Shown: piece by piece, positions 1 through 12,600 of the stretch
How positions within the stretch are numbered: position 1 is the stretch's first letter
Layout of the letters: the number at the start of each line of letters is the position of its first letter
Assembly: GCA_964016885.1 (NCBI GenBank)
Contig: OZ024743.1
Coordinates: 319,114,001 to 319,178,000 of the forward strand
From: Eledone cirrhosa
Taxonomy: Eukaryota
Direction: 5' to 3'
DNA length: 64,000 nt
Notes under the pieces: model-generated
The model's input: only the letters and a program-made list of their open reading frames with translations
What the model was told of the DNA's origin: nothing
Databases searched by the model: none
Position numbers and translations under genes: made by a program

Positions 1-2005
1 TGGCCTGGTGGGAGAGGCGCAGACGTGCGCCATTCCCGACAGATCCATCCACGACAACCTCCACCTCATGCGATACATCGTAGAGAGGGTATCTAGGGAA
101 CCTGGCACGGGTGATCCCTTGATCAATTTAGATCAGTCGAAAGCTTTCGATAGGGTCGACCATTGTTACCTAGCGGCAGTCCTGAGGGCGGCTGGCTTTG
201 GGCCCGTCTCCAGAGGCTGGATCGCTGCCATGCACAGCGACATCTGCTGTGGTGAGAGTGAATTGTCCCCTTTCGGAACAGTTCAACAACATGCGCTCGG
301 TCCGCCAAGGATGTCCCCTCTCGTCCCTCTTGTACGTATTGACTCTCGAGCCATTACTGCACAAACTGGAGACGTTGAGGGGGGTCCCGCGCGAACTAGG
401 ATGCGGAAGATCCGTGTCAGCATATGCGGACAATGTCACCATAGTGGTGTCGAACGCCAAACACATCGAGGCGATCGGCACTACACTAAGAGAATACGAA
501 GCGGTGACAGGAGCAATGATCAACCAGGAAAAGTCAGTGGGCCTGCAGCTCGGCACCTGGAGAGGCAGGTCAATGCCGTCCAACAGCGTCGTCGGGCGCT
601 GGACGGACGGACCGGTTAAATTGCTAGGGGTCTGGTTCGGTCCAGACCTCCAGACGGACAAAAACTGGGACGAGGTGACGAGCAGGATGGCTTCTCTCAC
701 CCAGAAATGGGCGGAGAGGAAGCTATCCCTGAAAGGTCGAGCGGAGGTTGCCAACGCGTAGATCGCGTCCGTCATCTACTACCGCCTGACCGTCGTACCT
801 TGTCCTAAGCCCCGCCTGACTGCGCTCGAGCGTTTGCTCTTTCGCTTTTTGTGGAAGGGACGCGCTCCGATGGTCAGGCGGTCCATCTGCTGTCAACACC
901 CGCTACGTGGAGGGCTGGGCATGCTGTGGCTGATGATGCGCAGACACGCGCTCAGGCTACAACATCTCCACCTCTTCCTCGACGGTCGTCAGGTGTGGTC
1001 GCCGTTTGCTAGACACGTCTTTTCCCAACTCGTCTCCTTGACGGAGCTGCAGTCCTGGGTCAAGCGAAGACCGAGAGGGAGCGCTTGGAGACTGGAATGT
1101 CTTCAGCCCTCGACCAATCGGGCAATGTGATCGGTGGAAACTGCACCTCGCCGTTCTATAGAGGATTAGTGGAGGGGAAGAGCGACGACGAAACTCTAGG
1201 CGTCGACAAAAATCTACTAGCCAATCTCTTCGGAAGGACTTTCGGGCCGGGACCTATGGACAACTTCCAGAAATCCCTGGCCTGGCAGTGCTACCGAGGA
1301 GCTTTGCCAGTTCGGGATAAACTCTACAGGCATGGAGGTGCCGTCAGCCGGGCATGTCCGAGATGCGCGCAGGGCGACGAAACCGTCCTGCACGCACTCG
1401 TCCAGTGTCCGAGCATTGCTGACTTGTGGGTTTATGTCGAACACCTGCTGTCACGTGTAGGACGGATCCAGCTATCAGCTGAGTCCATCGTGAGGATTGC
1501 CCCGCCCTCTTCCTTTAGCAAGCAGTTTTTATCTGTCTGGTGGCCATGGCGAAAGAGATAGTATGGTGGACACGTTTGAAAGGGCTGAAGACGAGCACTT
1601 ACCTCTTCGGTGATGCCCTGATTAACTTTTTTAAATTTCATTTGAAAAGGAAAATCAGGGTAGAGAGGGAAGTGCTCTCTTCCCAGCATTTTGTTGAAAG
1701 ATGGGTGAGAGAGGCAAGAATGGCCCGAATGAATGGGCCTACTCTGAGTATGTGTCTTTAAATTAAAGGTGGAAATCCGGGAGAGGGCACTTGCCCTGGT
1801 GGTCAGGGTCACTGTGGCCTTTTAATGGGCTTTCTCCACAAATGTCCTTCGGAAGTCTCCCCCCTATTGGGGAATTTTTCATTGTTATTTTTATTACATC
1901 CTCTGTTTTTTTTACACGCAGAAATGCTCATTTGTACCGTCCTGTATTGTCCTGTACTGTCCTTAATGTCTACTTTATGTAAACCCTTGTGGTTAATAAA
2001 GAAAG

Positions 2006-2051
<46 letters not shown>
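1..2051 (+). mobile_element. Tx1-clade LINE, 3' part (RT to 3' UTR and (TTA)n tail), decayed, cut by window edge
   Basis: Near-identical to 11243-13350 but with frameshifts and a stop (TAG at 759-761); LDQSKAFDRV, VRQGCPLS, YADN, CPRC..H..C; ends aataaagaaagc(att)n. Confidence 0.95.
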
Positions 2052-2052
<1 letters not shown>

Positions 2053-2059
2053 TTTCAAG

Positions 2060-2752
2060 AGTGGTGGATTGGCAGTATCGGTAGAGAGTCGGACACCATC
2101 CTTTGCAGCATAGAGTTACGGCCTTTTATGATCTGAATTCAAATCCTGCCGAGGTTAACTTTGCCTTGCATCCTTACGGGATTGATAAAATAAAGTACCA
2201 GTAATGCACTGAGTAATTGCTGGCCTTGTGCCAAAAGTAGAAACAATTATTATTCTTTCATCCTTATGGAGGTCGATAAAATTATGAGCAAGTACTGGGG
2301 TCGATTTAATCGACTTTCGCCTCCGTCCAAATTACTAGCCTTGTGCCTATACTAGAAATCATTTGGATTGGCAGTATCGGTAGAGGGTCGGACGCCATGC
2401 TTTCCCGCATAGTTACGTCCCTTTACGATCTGAGTTCAAATCCCGTCGAGGTTGACTTTGGCTTTCATCCTTACGAGGTCGATAAAATAAAGTACCAGTA
2501 ATGCACTGGATAATTGCTGGCCTTGTGCCAAAAAGTAGAAACAATTATTATAATGTGAAAGGGCGGTGTATTGGCAGTATCGGTAGAGGTTTGGACGCCA
2601 TGCTTTCTAGCATAGTTACGTCCCTTTACAGTCTGAGTTCAAATCCCGCCGAGGTTAACTTTGCCTTTCATCCTTACGGGGTCGATAAAATAAAGTACCA
2701 GTAATGTGCTGGGTAATTGCTGGCCTTGTACCTAAAGTAGAAACAATTATTA
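2060..2752 (+). mobile_element. Tandem array of four tRNA-derived SINEs (family A), one 5'-truncated
   Basis: Units ~2060-2252, 2256-2363, 2364-2552, 2561-2752; A box TGGCAGTATCGG, B box GAGTTCAAATCC, body gcctttcatccttacggggtcgataaaataaagtaccagt, tail ccttgtgcc..tagaaacaattatt. Confidence 0.92.
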
Positions 2753-3644
2753 TAATATATATATATTTCATATGTTGCTATATGCCAAGTTAAAAATGTT
2801 CCTTTCACGTATTGTATTTTTATCGCTTTGTTTTCTCTAAAAGTAGAGACGAACTTGGCTTTGTCTTTATCGTTTATGTCGAAAAAATACAACCCACGAC
2901 ACGAGAGATGTACGTTGACTTAAATATTGATGTTCGATATGTAATAGCTAAAATGGGAAAACATCGAAATCTGGCAAGGTTCGTCCTCCCCAATTCTCTA
3001 TATTTTGGCTAAGAGGGAAATTTCTGATATACGATTCCCCAACTTTTTGACGGTATACCGTCATCCTTTGTTGGAGTGTCAGACATACTTGAGCAATGTA
3101 ATGCTCATTTGATCAGTTCAAGTGCGTTGTTGATTTTGTTTCTCTCTCTTCTTTGAGTTCTTCCTGAATTATTTCTGTATACTAGGAAAGATGTCATACA
3201 CAGTTACCTTAGACACACGTCGTCCCATATGGCAAGATGTCATAATCCTCACAGAGACATACAATGGTGGAGTTTTCAAGGCTCTTCTCTGCAGACACAT
3301 AAAACCAGAATGCTACTAAATTTCTTGCTCCCGTTGACGTGCAATATGGAGCTTTATACTTCTTTCAAGTAAAGTTTCACATAAGCAGGTGTAGAGTTGT
3401 CAACTATTTTTTATTTATTTACACATTTGTAGGTTATGGAGTGCCTTTGTTTTCGCTCCACATACTCTTCCGGGAGTACGAGCGTGTCTGGCGCCACGAT
3501 GCAATTCTTTGCGGATTTTGTAATGCTTGCTTGTCTTAAGACTCGTGTGTAATCCAGTTTAACATGGGTGCGTTTGCGAAAAACATTAGTCTAATACCAG
3601 TGACTGCATTAGAGTGGCTGGCATCTAGCATAGCAGTCTCACTC

Positions 3645-4260
3645 ATGTTGTTGTTACTGTTGTGGCGGTGATAGTGGATGTTGTTGTTGTTGTTGTGGTG
3701 GTGGTGGTAGTGATACTGGCTGTTGTTTTTGCAGTGGTGGTGATGGTGGTAGTGGTTATGCGATAGTGGTGGTACTGGTTGTTGTTGTGGTGGTAGTAGT
3801 GATAGTGGTTGCTGTTGTTGTTGTTGTTGTTGTTGTTATGGTGGTGGTGGTAGTGGTTGTGCGATAGTGATAATAGTAGTAGTAGTAGTATTAGTAGTTG
3901 TTGTTGTTGTGGTGGTGGTGGTGGTGGTAACAATATACGTGTTATTAAGTCCATTACTGTTTATCTGTTCATCTTTTTTGCTGTTGTTGCTTTTCTTTTC
4001 TTTCCTCATACCTTCATCATTGTTGTTTTCGTGTTGTTGTTTCTGATGCCATCCTGGTGATGGTGATGGTGTTAGCGATGGTAGTGGTTGTGATGGTGGT
4101 GGTGATGGTGTTAACGTTGGTAGTGGTTGTGGTGGTTGAGGTGGTGGTGTTCTTAACAGTGATGGTGGTTGTGGTAGTGATGGTGAAGGTGTTAACGGTG
4201 GTAGTGCTTGTGGTGTTAGTGATGTTAGCGGTGGTAGTGGTTGTGGTGGTGTTGTTGCTT
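3645..4260. repeat. Degenerate (GTT/GGT/GTA)n trinucleotide low-complexity tract
   Basis: Visible triplet repeats; yields spurious poly-V/T/H ORFs. Confidence 0.9.
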
Positions 4261-4339
4261 TCTATGACGGTCCGCCCGCTCGTAAATGTGTTTGCAATGG
4301 AGGTGGCGGGGACGGTGATATTGCTAACAGTTGCTGAGA

Positions 4340-4900
4340 GATTACTTGTACATGTGAAGGGGAAGCTCAGATTAACAAAACCATTTTGCTCCTTTACCGA
4401 CGTACAGCGACTTGTTCTCCGCCTCCAACCTTGTTGCCTTGCCCATAAACCCAGGCTCCACTACCCTCAATGCGAAGGAGAGGAAGATAGTCAAATACCG
4501 TGGCCTGACCGACCGCTTTCTATTTGTACTAATCTCCGTCGAGACCTCTGGCGATCTTGGCCTCCGCACGGCTGATTTCTTCCGTAATAACAGAAACACA
4601 GCAGCCCGCTTGAGGAGGGAGCCCCGTGAGGTGGGGTTGCTGTTACAGCGGGAGGAGGGATCCCCGTGAGGTGGGGTTGCTGTTGCAATGGGTATCTCTG
4701 GCCATTCTCCGCTGTAACGCTTTTGCTGTTTTTGTCCGCAGGGCGCGGCCGAGACACCGCTCAAACTGGGGTGTAGTGACTGTCCCTCGCCTCCTCCCTT
4801 TCTTTCGTTGCTTGACCCTTCTTTCATTTTATTCTTCTCCTTTTCATTTTCTCCTTTTCATGTTGTTTTTTTTTCTTACTTTTCTGTCCTCTTTAATGGT
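4340..4900 (+). mobile_element. CRE-clade non-LTR retrotransposon 3' fragment (restriction-like endonuclease region)
   Basis: SNLVAL..AKERKIVKYRGLTDRFLFVLISVETSGDLG..EPREVGLLLQ..SLAILRCNAFAV resembles the CRE C-terminal motifs (RK..KY, F.P.AVET.G..G, QR.S.AI.RGNA); internal ~39-bp duplication 4612-4688. Confidence 0.7.
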
Positions 4901-5609
4901 GTGTTTTGTTTGACTTAGATACTGCTCAATATGAACTTGCTCGTTAAAATGATGAAAAAAAAATACCAACACATTATTCATCTCCCCAGCCTTCCTCTCA
5001 CTTGTTAATGCGTAAAACGTTTATTTTAAAAGATGGTGTTTTTTAAAATAAATGTTTAAAAAAAAATTCAATAAACCCTTTTCAAAGGTTTGCTCTGCGG
5101 AACAAGAAACAAAAGGTAACAACCAATGATTTAGAGCATTGTTACTCAACCTTGTGAAACTCTTGAAACAGTTTTCATATCTCAGGGAACTTCTGCATAA
5201 AAATTATTATATACCATTATTAATATCTATCTCTTTTAGCTTATTTATATCTGTTCCTCGTGTAACTTTTAGCACACTCTTGCGGAGCCCAAGGTTCTGG
5301 GAAACACCAGTTGAGAAACGTTGATTTAGAGTCATGTTCGGGTCGGCAACAAAGGGGAACAAAAATTATCAATAATTCCCTAAAAAGGCAAATTTCAAGA
5401 ATAATCGCAACATTTACGGACATGAGGTGAATGACTCTTATTCGTTCTAAAGCAATAATAAAACAACTATAACTCACATACCATACACAACAGAACAAAG
5501 CCTAAAAACCTTCCATCATAAGTATATTCTAGAACATTTAAGCTATGCTCCCAACTTAATAATGATTTCTATTTTAAGAAGGCCAGCAGTGTGAGGAGAG
5601 GGAGAATCG

Positions 5610-6500
5610 ACTCCTACATTAAATAGTTTCGGTTTAGCACCAGTTATCCGAACACAAATACGCAGGCATTCGTATTGAGACATCAGGACAGCAAGAATTT
5701 GACTATCGATCTCATACGCCTGCAAAATCTTCCACAGCAGGTTCTGAGGAACGCGGTCATATGTCTTTTCAAGGTCGACAAAACAAAAATATACTTCTTG
5801 GCAATTCTCCCACGATTTCTCAAAAACCTGCCGCAGTGTGAATATTTGGTCGGCTGTGCTGCGTCCGGGGCGAAAACCACACTGTTTATCAATTAGCTGG
5901 ACTCGACAATCTCCCTACATCTCTTTGCTAGACACTTAGCATAGATTTTACCGGGAAGGCTTAATGAGGCGATCTCTCTGTAATTGGAACAATTTCTTTC
6001 GTCTCTCTTTTTGAAAATTGCCATTGCTTAGGTGCCTTTCCAGAGATCCAGGCCACCCAGCACACACGAGTCAGCCAGAGAATACCTCCTCGGTTTAAGG
6101 CTTTTAACATTTCATCTGTATTCGGACTCCTTGTTTGGTGCATAAACTTGCACCACCCACCGAGCCTAAGCTTCAAGAGGCAAATCCTTCCTCCTAATGG
6201 AATCCACTCAATAACACATTCTGACAGCTGGGGGATTGTGAATATCCCCACTTCCACCTGTACAGTCATTTCTGGCACCACAACTGAGTAGTGGAGTTTT
6301 CATCCTCCATCCAAATCTACAGTATCAGAACCACGAAACTTTGTTGAGGAAACCCCGATATCTAGCTGGTTGTATCTAGCCTCCTCCACTAGTTGCCTGT
6401 AAGGGTTGTGAGGCTCCAGGTTCCAATTGTTATGGTTTGCTCCCTTCCGGACTCTCTTTGGGGTCTCCGGATACGCAATCTTTGTACGTCCAATCTACGC
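5610..6500 (-). mobile_element. RTE-clade LINE fragment (APE and RT pieces), decayed
   Basis: Minus-strand GFRPGRSTADQIFTLRQIFEKSWE..FVDLEKTYDRVPQ..LWKILQAYEI; upstream VGIFTIPQLSECVIEWIPLGGRICLLKLRL (APE). Confidence 0.8.
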
Positions 6501-7483
6501 CTCCCAGAATAGGTCGCAGTCCAATCGCTAGTTTTTGCAGTTTGGAATGGAGACTGCAATACATCTTTCAAACAAGCCCTTCTACCCAAGGTCTGAACGC
6601 GTCACTTGTTAACCCGCGCGAAGGAAGGTGCGGTATGGTTCTTTTTCGGTTTCCTCATCATATTGCAGTTTCAGTTTTAGTCTACTTACTCAACAATATT
6701 TTCTCTTGTTTTATATCGCTTTTTTCGTTTGTGTTTGCATTTTGGGAGATTTTAATGTCTGTTTATTACTATGGCTTTGTAGATTTCTGGCAAAACAACA
6801 GGATTGTCTACTATTTGATCCTTATGTCTTCTTCCCATTTATTTTTAATTTTAATCTAAGTTTAGAGGTCAGTGGCTACGGCCTTTCTAGACTTTACCAG
6901 ATGTCAGATACGAGTGTTTGAAATTGTTTCAAGATCGCAGTTCTTTTTGCTATTTTGTTTTGTTTGTGATTTTCTTTTCTATATTTTTTTCACAGAGTTG
7001 TATAATATGTTGGTGTTTTGTAAGTTTTTTAAAGTTGATATATACGTAGTAACGATATCTCTCTAAGTGGAGTGGGTATCTTTCTCTCCTCGTTCGTTAT
7101 TTGCTTTGTAATTTAAGTTATCCAAGTTGTTTTCATTTGCTTTCTTAATGGTAACATTACATTTTAGTAGAGTAGCGGAGGTGGCTATGCAGAGTTGAAA
7201 GTAGTTAGCAGTTAACATTACTTTGCACCTTTGTCAGCAGTTATTATTATTATTATTATTATTATTATTGAATGCCATGGTTGACGGAGGCTCGGCTCTG
7301 TAAGGTATAGTAATTTTTAACCGTTAAAACAATTGTAAATTGTTTAAAACTTGAACCAAATTGTTGATAAAGACACCCTCCTCCTCGTGAGAGGGGTCTT
7401 TCTGTCCGTTATTTGGCCCTTGGGGGTTAAATAACCAGTTATTGGGGTTTTGTACCCAAAATTTCATTTTAAACAAAAAAAAC

Positions 7484-9580
7484 ATGGCTACCAAAAAGAA
7501 ATTTCATACGTCACTCCCACTCATTCCGTCTTCTTCTTCCTCAATCATCACTACAGCAGAGAGAAGATTGTCTCTCTCCCTCCCTTCTTTAAATGTGTCT
7601 CTCTCCCTCCCTTCTCTTTCGCAAGCGACGAAAGAAAAGAAAAGTCTCGTGCAAAGCGTGCAAGGTTTCTCCACGACGACGACGACAGCGACGAAACAGG
7701 TGTGCGGGAAATACGAAAACCCAGTTCATTCGTCTGACGTCAGGAATAATAGCAGTAGCAGCCGTAATAACAACAGCAACAGTGACAATGAAAACAACAG
7801 TAGCAGCCGCAACAGCATCAACAGCAGCATAAACAACAACAGCATTAGCAGCAGCAACACCAACAACAACCACAGCAACAGCGGCGGAGGCAGTAGTCGT
7901 AGTACCTGCAGCAACAACAAAAGTACCAGCAGCTCTGACGACAACAACAACAGCAGAGAAAAACCAATCTCATTTGCAGGTATTGCGAAAAACCTGGAAA
8001 CAATCCTCATAACAAATGAGGAATTAGAGGAAGCGAAGAAGATGGTGACAAAGAACGGACACCGAGCAATCTGCAAGGCAGCGAAAAATTTTTTCGAAAC
8101 CCAAGAGCACTGTACGGTCACGTACCGTACAGTAAGTACAAAATCCCGTAGGGTGGAAAGAGCCACAGAGGCCCAAATACAAAAAGCCTTGGGGTCTGTG
8201 TGGCAGAGGAAAACGCACATCACCCGAGGCAAAAAATACGCCACCGTAGACGTACTTTTTGCCACACCCCAGGAGGCAAAGGCCCAATCAGTAGTGACCC
8301 TAAGGAGCGAGGAAATGGTGTTGGTGCCCTCCTACTGCGGGCAAAAAATTGTGAGGGTCAAACTGACCCACGTCCCCCCCGGAATGACCCCTTCTTGGCT
8401 GGCCGCGTCTGTCCTCGTCGGAATCGAGGACAAAACAACTGTACTGCAAGTACAGAAAAAAGTAAGAGAAGATTGGGTCGGCTCCTCCATTGAGATGCTA
8501 ATCCAAACCAACCAGGAGTGCATCGAAGCTATCCCGGATGTGATAGACTTCGATAACGGCACTCAACTGCCCATAAGTGTTGAGGGCAAACGCCCGAAAT
8601 GCTTTCGCTGTGGATCGAAGACTCACCTCAGGGCCTTCTGCAACGAGAAGACCCTGAGAAAGGAGAAAACCCCCCTCCTCCCGAATCCGGTTCCACGGCT
8701 ACCAGCAACAGGACAAGCGGCAACCAGGAACGATAGGTCCGTGGCACCCATACCCACTCCACGGAAATCAAAGACAGCAGCAGCAGTGGAAATATTAACA
8801 ACAACAACAGCAATACCAAATGCAGCTGCAACAGAGACTCCAGTGCAAACATCACCAACAACAACAAGTGAAAGAGTGGAGCTGGTACCCCTCCCCGACC
8901 TTACAGAATCAGACATGGAGTGTGAGGTGGGAGAGGGATGGCAAAAGGTCTCAAGAAGGCACAAACGCAGAAGCAGCGCATCGTCGCCTTTGAAAAGGGA
9001 GGAAAGAAATGAGAAAAGGGTAAAGTCTACTGCAAAGAGACCCACAGCAGCAACACCACCAACACCATCACCACCCACACCAGCACCACCATCACCACCG
9101 GCGACAACCCCACCGCCAACAACACCTTCAACACCACCACCACAAGCACCAACATCGCAAACACAACAACAAAACACACACACCCAGCAACAACGACAAG
9201 AAAATAGCAGAACCACACCCCACCCCCAGAAAAACAAATGCACGGCAATAAACACACACAACAAGAAACTAATGACTTACATAATTGAACACACAGACAT
9301 TTCACAACAGGACTACATAATACCAGCACCAATCAAAACGCCAACTAACATAAGACTGCTAAAAATAGCACAGAAACAATACACAAACATTAAAACGAAA
9401 TTCCCCAACGCAGTTGGTGATTTCAGGGACCTAGGAGGAACCATTAATCGAAGAGTATATTCAGACATTCTCTTAGAAGAGCCGACGACCAGCCGAAGGG
9501 ACGATTCAACGGTCCCTTCACCAGACGATCAAGTGAAAAGGGATGTAAAAACCATCCCTCCTCTACCAAAAATACGGTAA
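7484..9580 (+). CDS. LINE ORF1p (nucleic-acid chaperone; CCHC zinc knuckle, N/S-rich and P/T-rich disordered regions)
   Basis: Open frame from first ATG 7484 (MATKK); CFRCGSKTHLRAFC = CX2CX4HX4C; WQKVSRRHKRR basic motif typical of Tx1 ORF1. Confidence 0.9.
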   Translation: MATKKKFHTSLPLIPSSSSSIITTAERRLSLSLPSLNVSLSLPSLSQATKEKKSLVQSVQGFSTTTTTATKQVCGKYENPVHSSDVRNNSSSSRNNNSNSDNENNSSSRNSINSSINNNSISSSNTNNNHSNSGGGSSRSTCSNNKSTSSSDDNNNSREKPISFAGIAKNLETILITNEELEEAKKMVTKNGHRAICKAAKNFFETQEHCTVTYRTVSTKSRRVERATEAQIQKALGSVWQRKTHITRGKKYATVDVLFATPQEAKAQSVVTLRSEEMVLVPSYCGQKIVRVKLTHVPPGMTPSWLAASVLVGIEDKTTVLQVQKKVREDWVGSSIEMLIQTNQECIEAIPDVIDFDNGTQLPISVEGKRPKCFRCGSKTHLRAFCNEKTLRKEKTPLLPNPVPRLPATGQAATRNDRSVAPIPTPRKSKTAAAVEILTTTTAIPNAAATETPVQTSPTTTSERVELVPLPDLTESDMECEVGEGWQKVSRRHKRRSSASSPLKREERNEKRVKSTAKRPTAATPPTPSPPTPAPPSPPATTPPPTTPSTPPPQAPTSQTQQQNTHTQQQRQENSRTTPHPQKNKCTAINTHNKKLMTYIIEHTDISQQDYIIPAPIKTPTNIRLLKIAQKQYTNIKTKFPNAVGDFRDLGGTINRRVYSDILLEEPTTSRRDDSTVPSPDDQVKRDVKTIPPLPKIR

Positions 9581-9615
9581 GTGGTCTTTCCCATCTTTTC
9601 CACTCTATTTTAAAC

Positions 9616-12600
9616 ATGACCTCACTCAGAATAGGCAGCATAAATGCGCGTGGCTTGGGGTCGTCATGGAAGCAGGGTCACCTGCTCAACGACCTCAGGT
9701 CACTAAACATAGATGTAGTGGCCATCAGCGAGACCAGAATCTCCGAAGCACGGGCCTTCGCACCGATCTTCGGCGGCTACGATGTGTACGCATCTCCCAG
9801 CCGTCCTGGATCCGGTGGAGGAGTTGCTGTACTTTTTCGGAGAGGTTTGGATCTCGCCATACGGGCCATCTTCCTGGACCCAGAGGGTAAGCTGGTGGTG
9901 CTGGACGTGACCAGCGGAGACGGGCAAGCTTTCAGGCTAGTGGCCGTCTATGCCCCGACAGGAGCAGGGCGGCCTGATTTCTTCCGGCGTCTGGAGACCT
10001 TTCTTGGAACGTCCCGCTCTTTAGTGTTAGTGGGCGACTGGAACGGGATCTTAGATGCACGCTGGGACTGTGTGGGATTAGCGGATAGGGGTGGAGGGTG
10101 CAAGAGCCTCACCAACCTGCTCAGGCGTTTTGAACTGTCTGACAGGTACCGATTGGATTTCCCGAATGTGCCAATGTGGACTTGGACAAACCGCATAGGG
10201 TCATCCAGATCATATCTAGATAGAGTATTTTGTAGGGAAATAGATAGGTCTAGCATAGGCTGTCCACAATTCAAGATAGTCAGCTACACGGACCACAAAT
10301 TCGTGACCTGTGTGCTTGACTTAGATAGGCTTCATAGACGAGGACCCGGCTACTGGAAGCTAAACGCGTCCTTACCAGCGCGCAAGGCCTACAGAGACCG
10401 GATTAGCGAACTAGTTAAGCGGGCGTTGACGGGGGCCATCGTCAACAACAAGTGGTGGTTTGCTCTGAAAAGAGCGATTAGAATAGAATCGATTAGGTTT
10501 AGTAAGGCTTTAGCAATAGAGAAAAATAGAGCAGAGGGAGAACTAGTTAGAAAATTAGACGAGGCGCTTAGCAAAGGCATTGCGACCGACGTGCTTGCGG
10601 CGAAATTGGCCCTTGACCAATTCTTCAATGCAAAGCACGAAGGCTGCGTTGTCAGAGCTAGGGTGCGTGCTCTCAGACACGAGGGGACGAAAGCCGTTCA
10701 ATGGGCCCGAGTGGCGGAGGCGCGTCGTGGCAACAAAGCCACGATCCGGTCTTTGGTGGACCACGACGGGCGCATGCTACTCGATCCCGGGCAAATGTGT
10801 GAAGCTTTTCAGCGACACTTCGCTCAGCTGTTCGGGGGCAGCGGGGGGCCGGGTAGAGGGATGGACTTTAGTGTCTACCTCGACGGGCTGCCGCGGCTCT
10901 CGGCCACTGAGGCGAGGTGTTGCGAAAAGCCGATAACAGCCGCTGAAGTACGGGAGGCAATGACTGGCTGCACAAGGGGTAAATCGCCTGGTTTGGATGG
11001 TCTGCCCTATGAACTTTACGTACAGATGCCAGACTTGTTCGGAGGCCTCTTGGCGGACGTCTACTGCAACTGGCAACAGAACGGGAGAATTCCCAGTTCT
11101 GTGAGCCGAGGAGCGGTGGCACTGCTGAGAAAGGATCCGAACAAGGGGGATAACATAGACAATTTCCGGCCCATAACTCTGCTAAACACAGAGTTTAAGA
11201 TTTTGGCCAAGGTGCTAGCAAAGAGGTTGGCGCTTGTCGTTGGTGGTCTGGTGGGAGAGGCGCAGACATGCGCCATTCCCGACAGATCCATCCACGACAA
11301 CCTCCACCTCATGCGATACATCGTAGAGAGGGTAGCTAGGGAACCTGGCACGGGTGGGTCCTTGATCAATTTAGATCAGTCGAAAGCTTTCGATAGGGTC
11401 GACCATCGTTACCTAGCGGCAGTCCTGAGGGCGGCTGGCTTTGGGCCCGTCTTCAGAGGCTGGATCGCTGCCATGCACAGCGACATCTGCTCTGTGGTGA
11501 GAGTGAACGGTCACCTGTCGGAACCGTTCAACATCATGCGCTCGGTCCGCCAAGGATGTCCCCTCTCGTCCCTCTTGTACGTATTGACTCTCGAGCCATT
11601 ACTGCACAAACTGGAGACGTTGAGGGGAGTCCCGCGCGAACTAGGATGCGGAAGATCCGTGTCAGCATATGCGGACGATGTCACCGTAGTGGTGTCGAAC
11701 GCCAAACACATCGAGGCGATCGGCACTACACTAAGAGAATACGAAGCGGTGACAGGAGCAATGATCAACCAGGAAAAGTCAGTGGGCCTGCAGCTCGGCA
11801 CCTGGAGAGGCAGGTCCATGCCGTCCAACAGCGTCGTCGGGCGCTGGACGGACGGACCGGTTAAATTGCTAGGGGTCTGGTTCGGTCCGGACCTCCAGAC
11901 GGACAAAAACTGGGACGAGGTGACGAGCAGGGTGGCTTCTCTCACCCAGAAATGGGCGGAGAGGAAGCTATCCCTGAAAGGTCGAGCGGAGGTGGCTAAC
12001 GCGTACATCGCGTCTGTCATCTGCTACCGCCTAACCGTCGTACCTTGTCCTAAGCCTCGCCTGACTGCGCTGGAGCGTTTGCTCTTTCGCTTTTTGTGGA
12101 AGGGACGTGCTCCGATGGTCAGGCGGTCCATCTGTTGTCAACACCCGCTACGTGGAGGGCTGGGCATGCCGTGGCTGATGATGCGCAGGCACGCGCTCAG
12201 GCTACGACATCTCCACCTCTTCCTCGACGGTGATCAGGTGTGGTCGCCGTTTGCTAGACGCGTTTTTCCCCAGCTCGTTTCCTTGACGGAGCTGCAGTCC
12301 TGGGTCAAGCGAAGACCGAGAGGGAACGCCTGGAGACTGGAATGTCTTCAGGCGCTCACAGCCCTCGACCAATCGGGCAATGTGATCGGTGGAAACTCCA
12401 CCTCGGCGTTCTATAGAGGATTAGTGGAGGGGAAGAGCGACGACGTACTTGGGGAAACTCTAGGCGTCGACGAAAATCAACTAGCCAATCTCTTCGGAAG
12501 AACTTTCGGGCCAGGGCCTATGGACAACTTCCAGAAATCTCTGGCCTGGCAGTGCTACCGAGGAGCCTTGCCAGTTCGGGATAAACTCTACAGGCATGGA

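Noticed and set aside
2364-2450. tRNA genes (A and B boxes in many places)
   Set aside because: No cloverleaf; boxes continue into SINE body and tail
3180-3380. Possible host exon (also 25770-25880 and 35050-35200 on minus)
   Set aside because: Short frames with stops, no recognisable domain, no consistent splice chain; needs RNA-seq
5270-5325. hAT-type terminal sequence (gttgagaaacgttg)
   Set aside because: No matching other end or TSD found
7370-7440. HDV-like ribozyme at the Tx1 5' end (tcctcgt resembles HDV L3)
   Set aside because: Could not place P1, the P1.1 GG or P2; a simple hairpin explains the sequence
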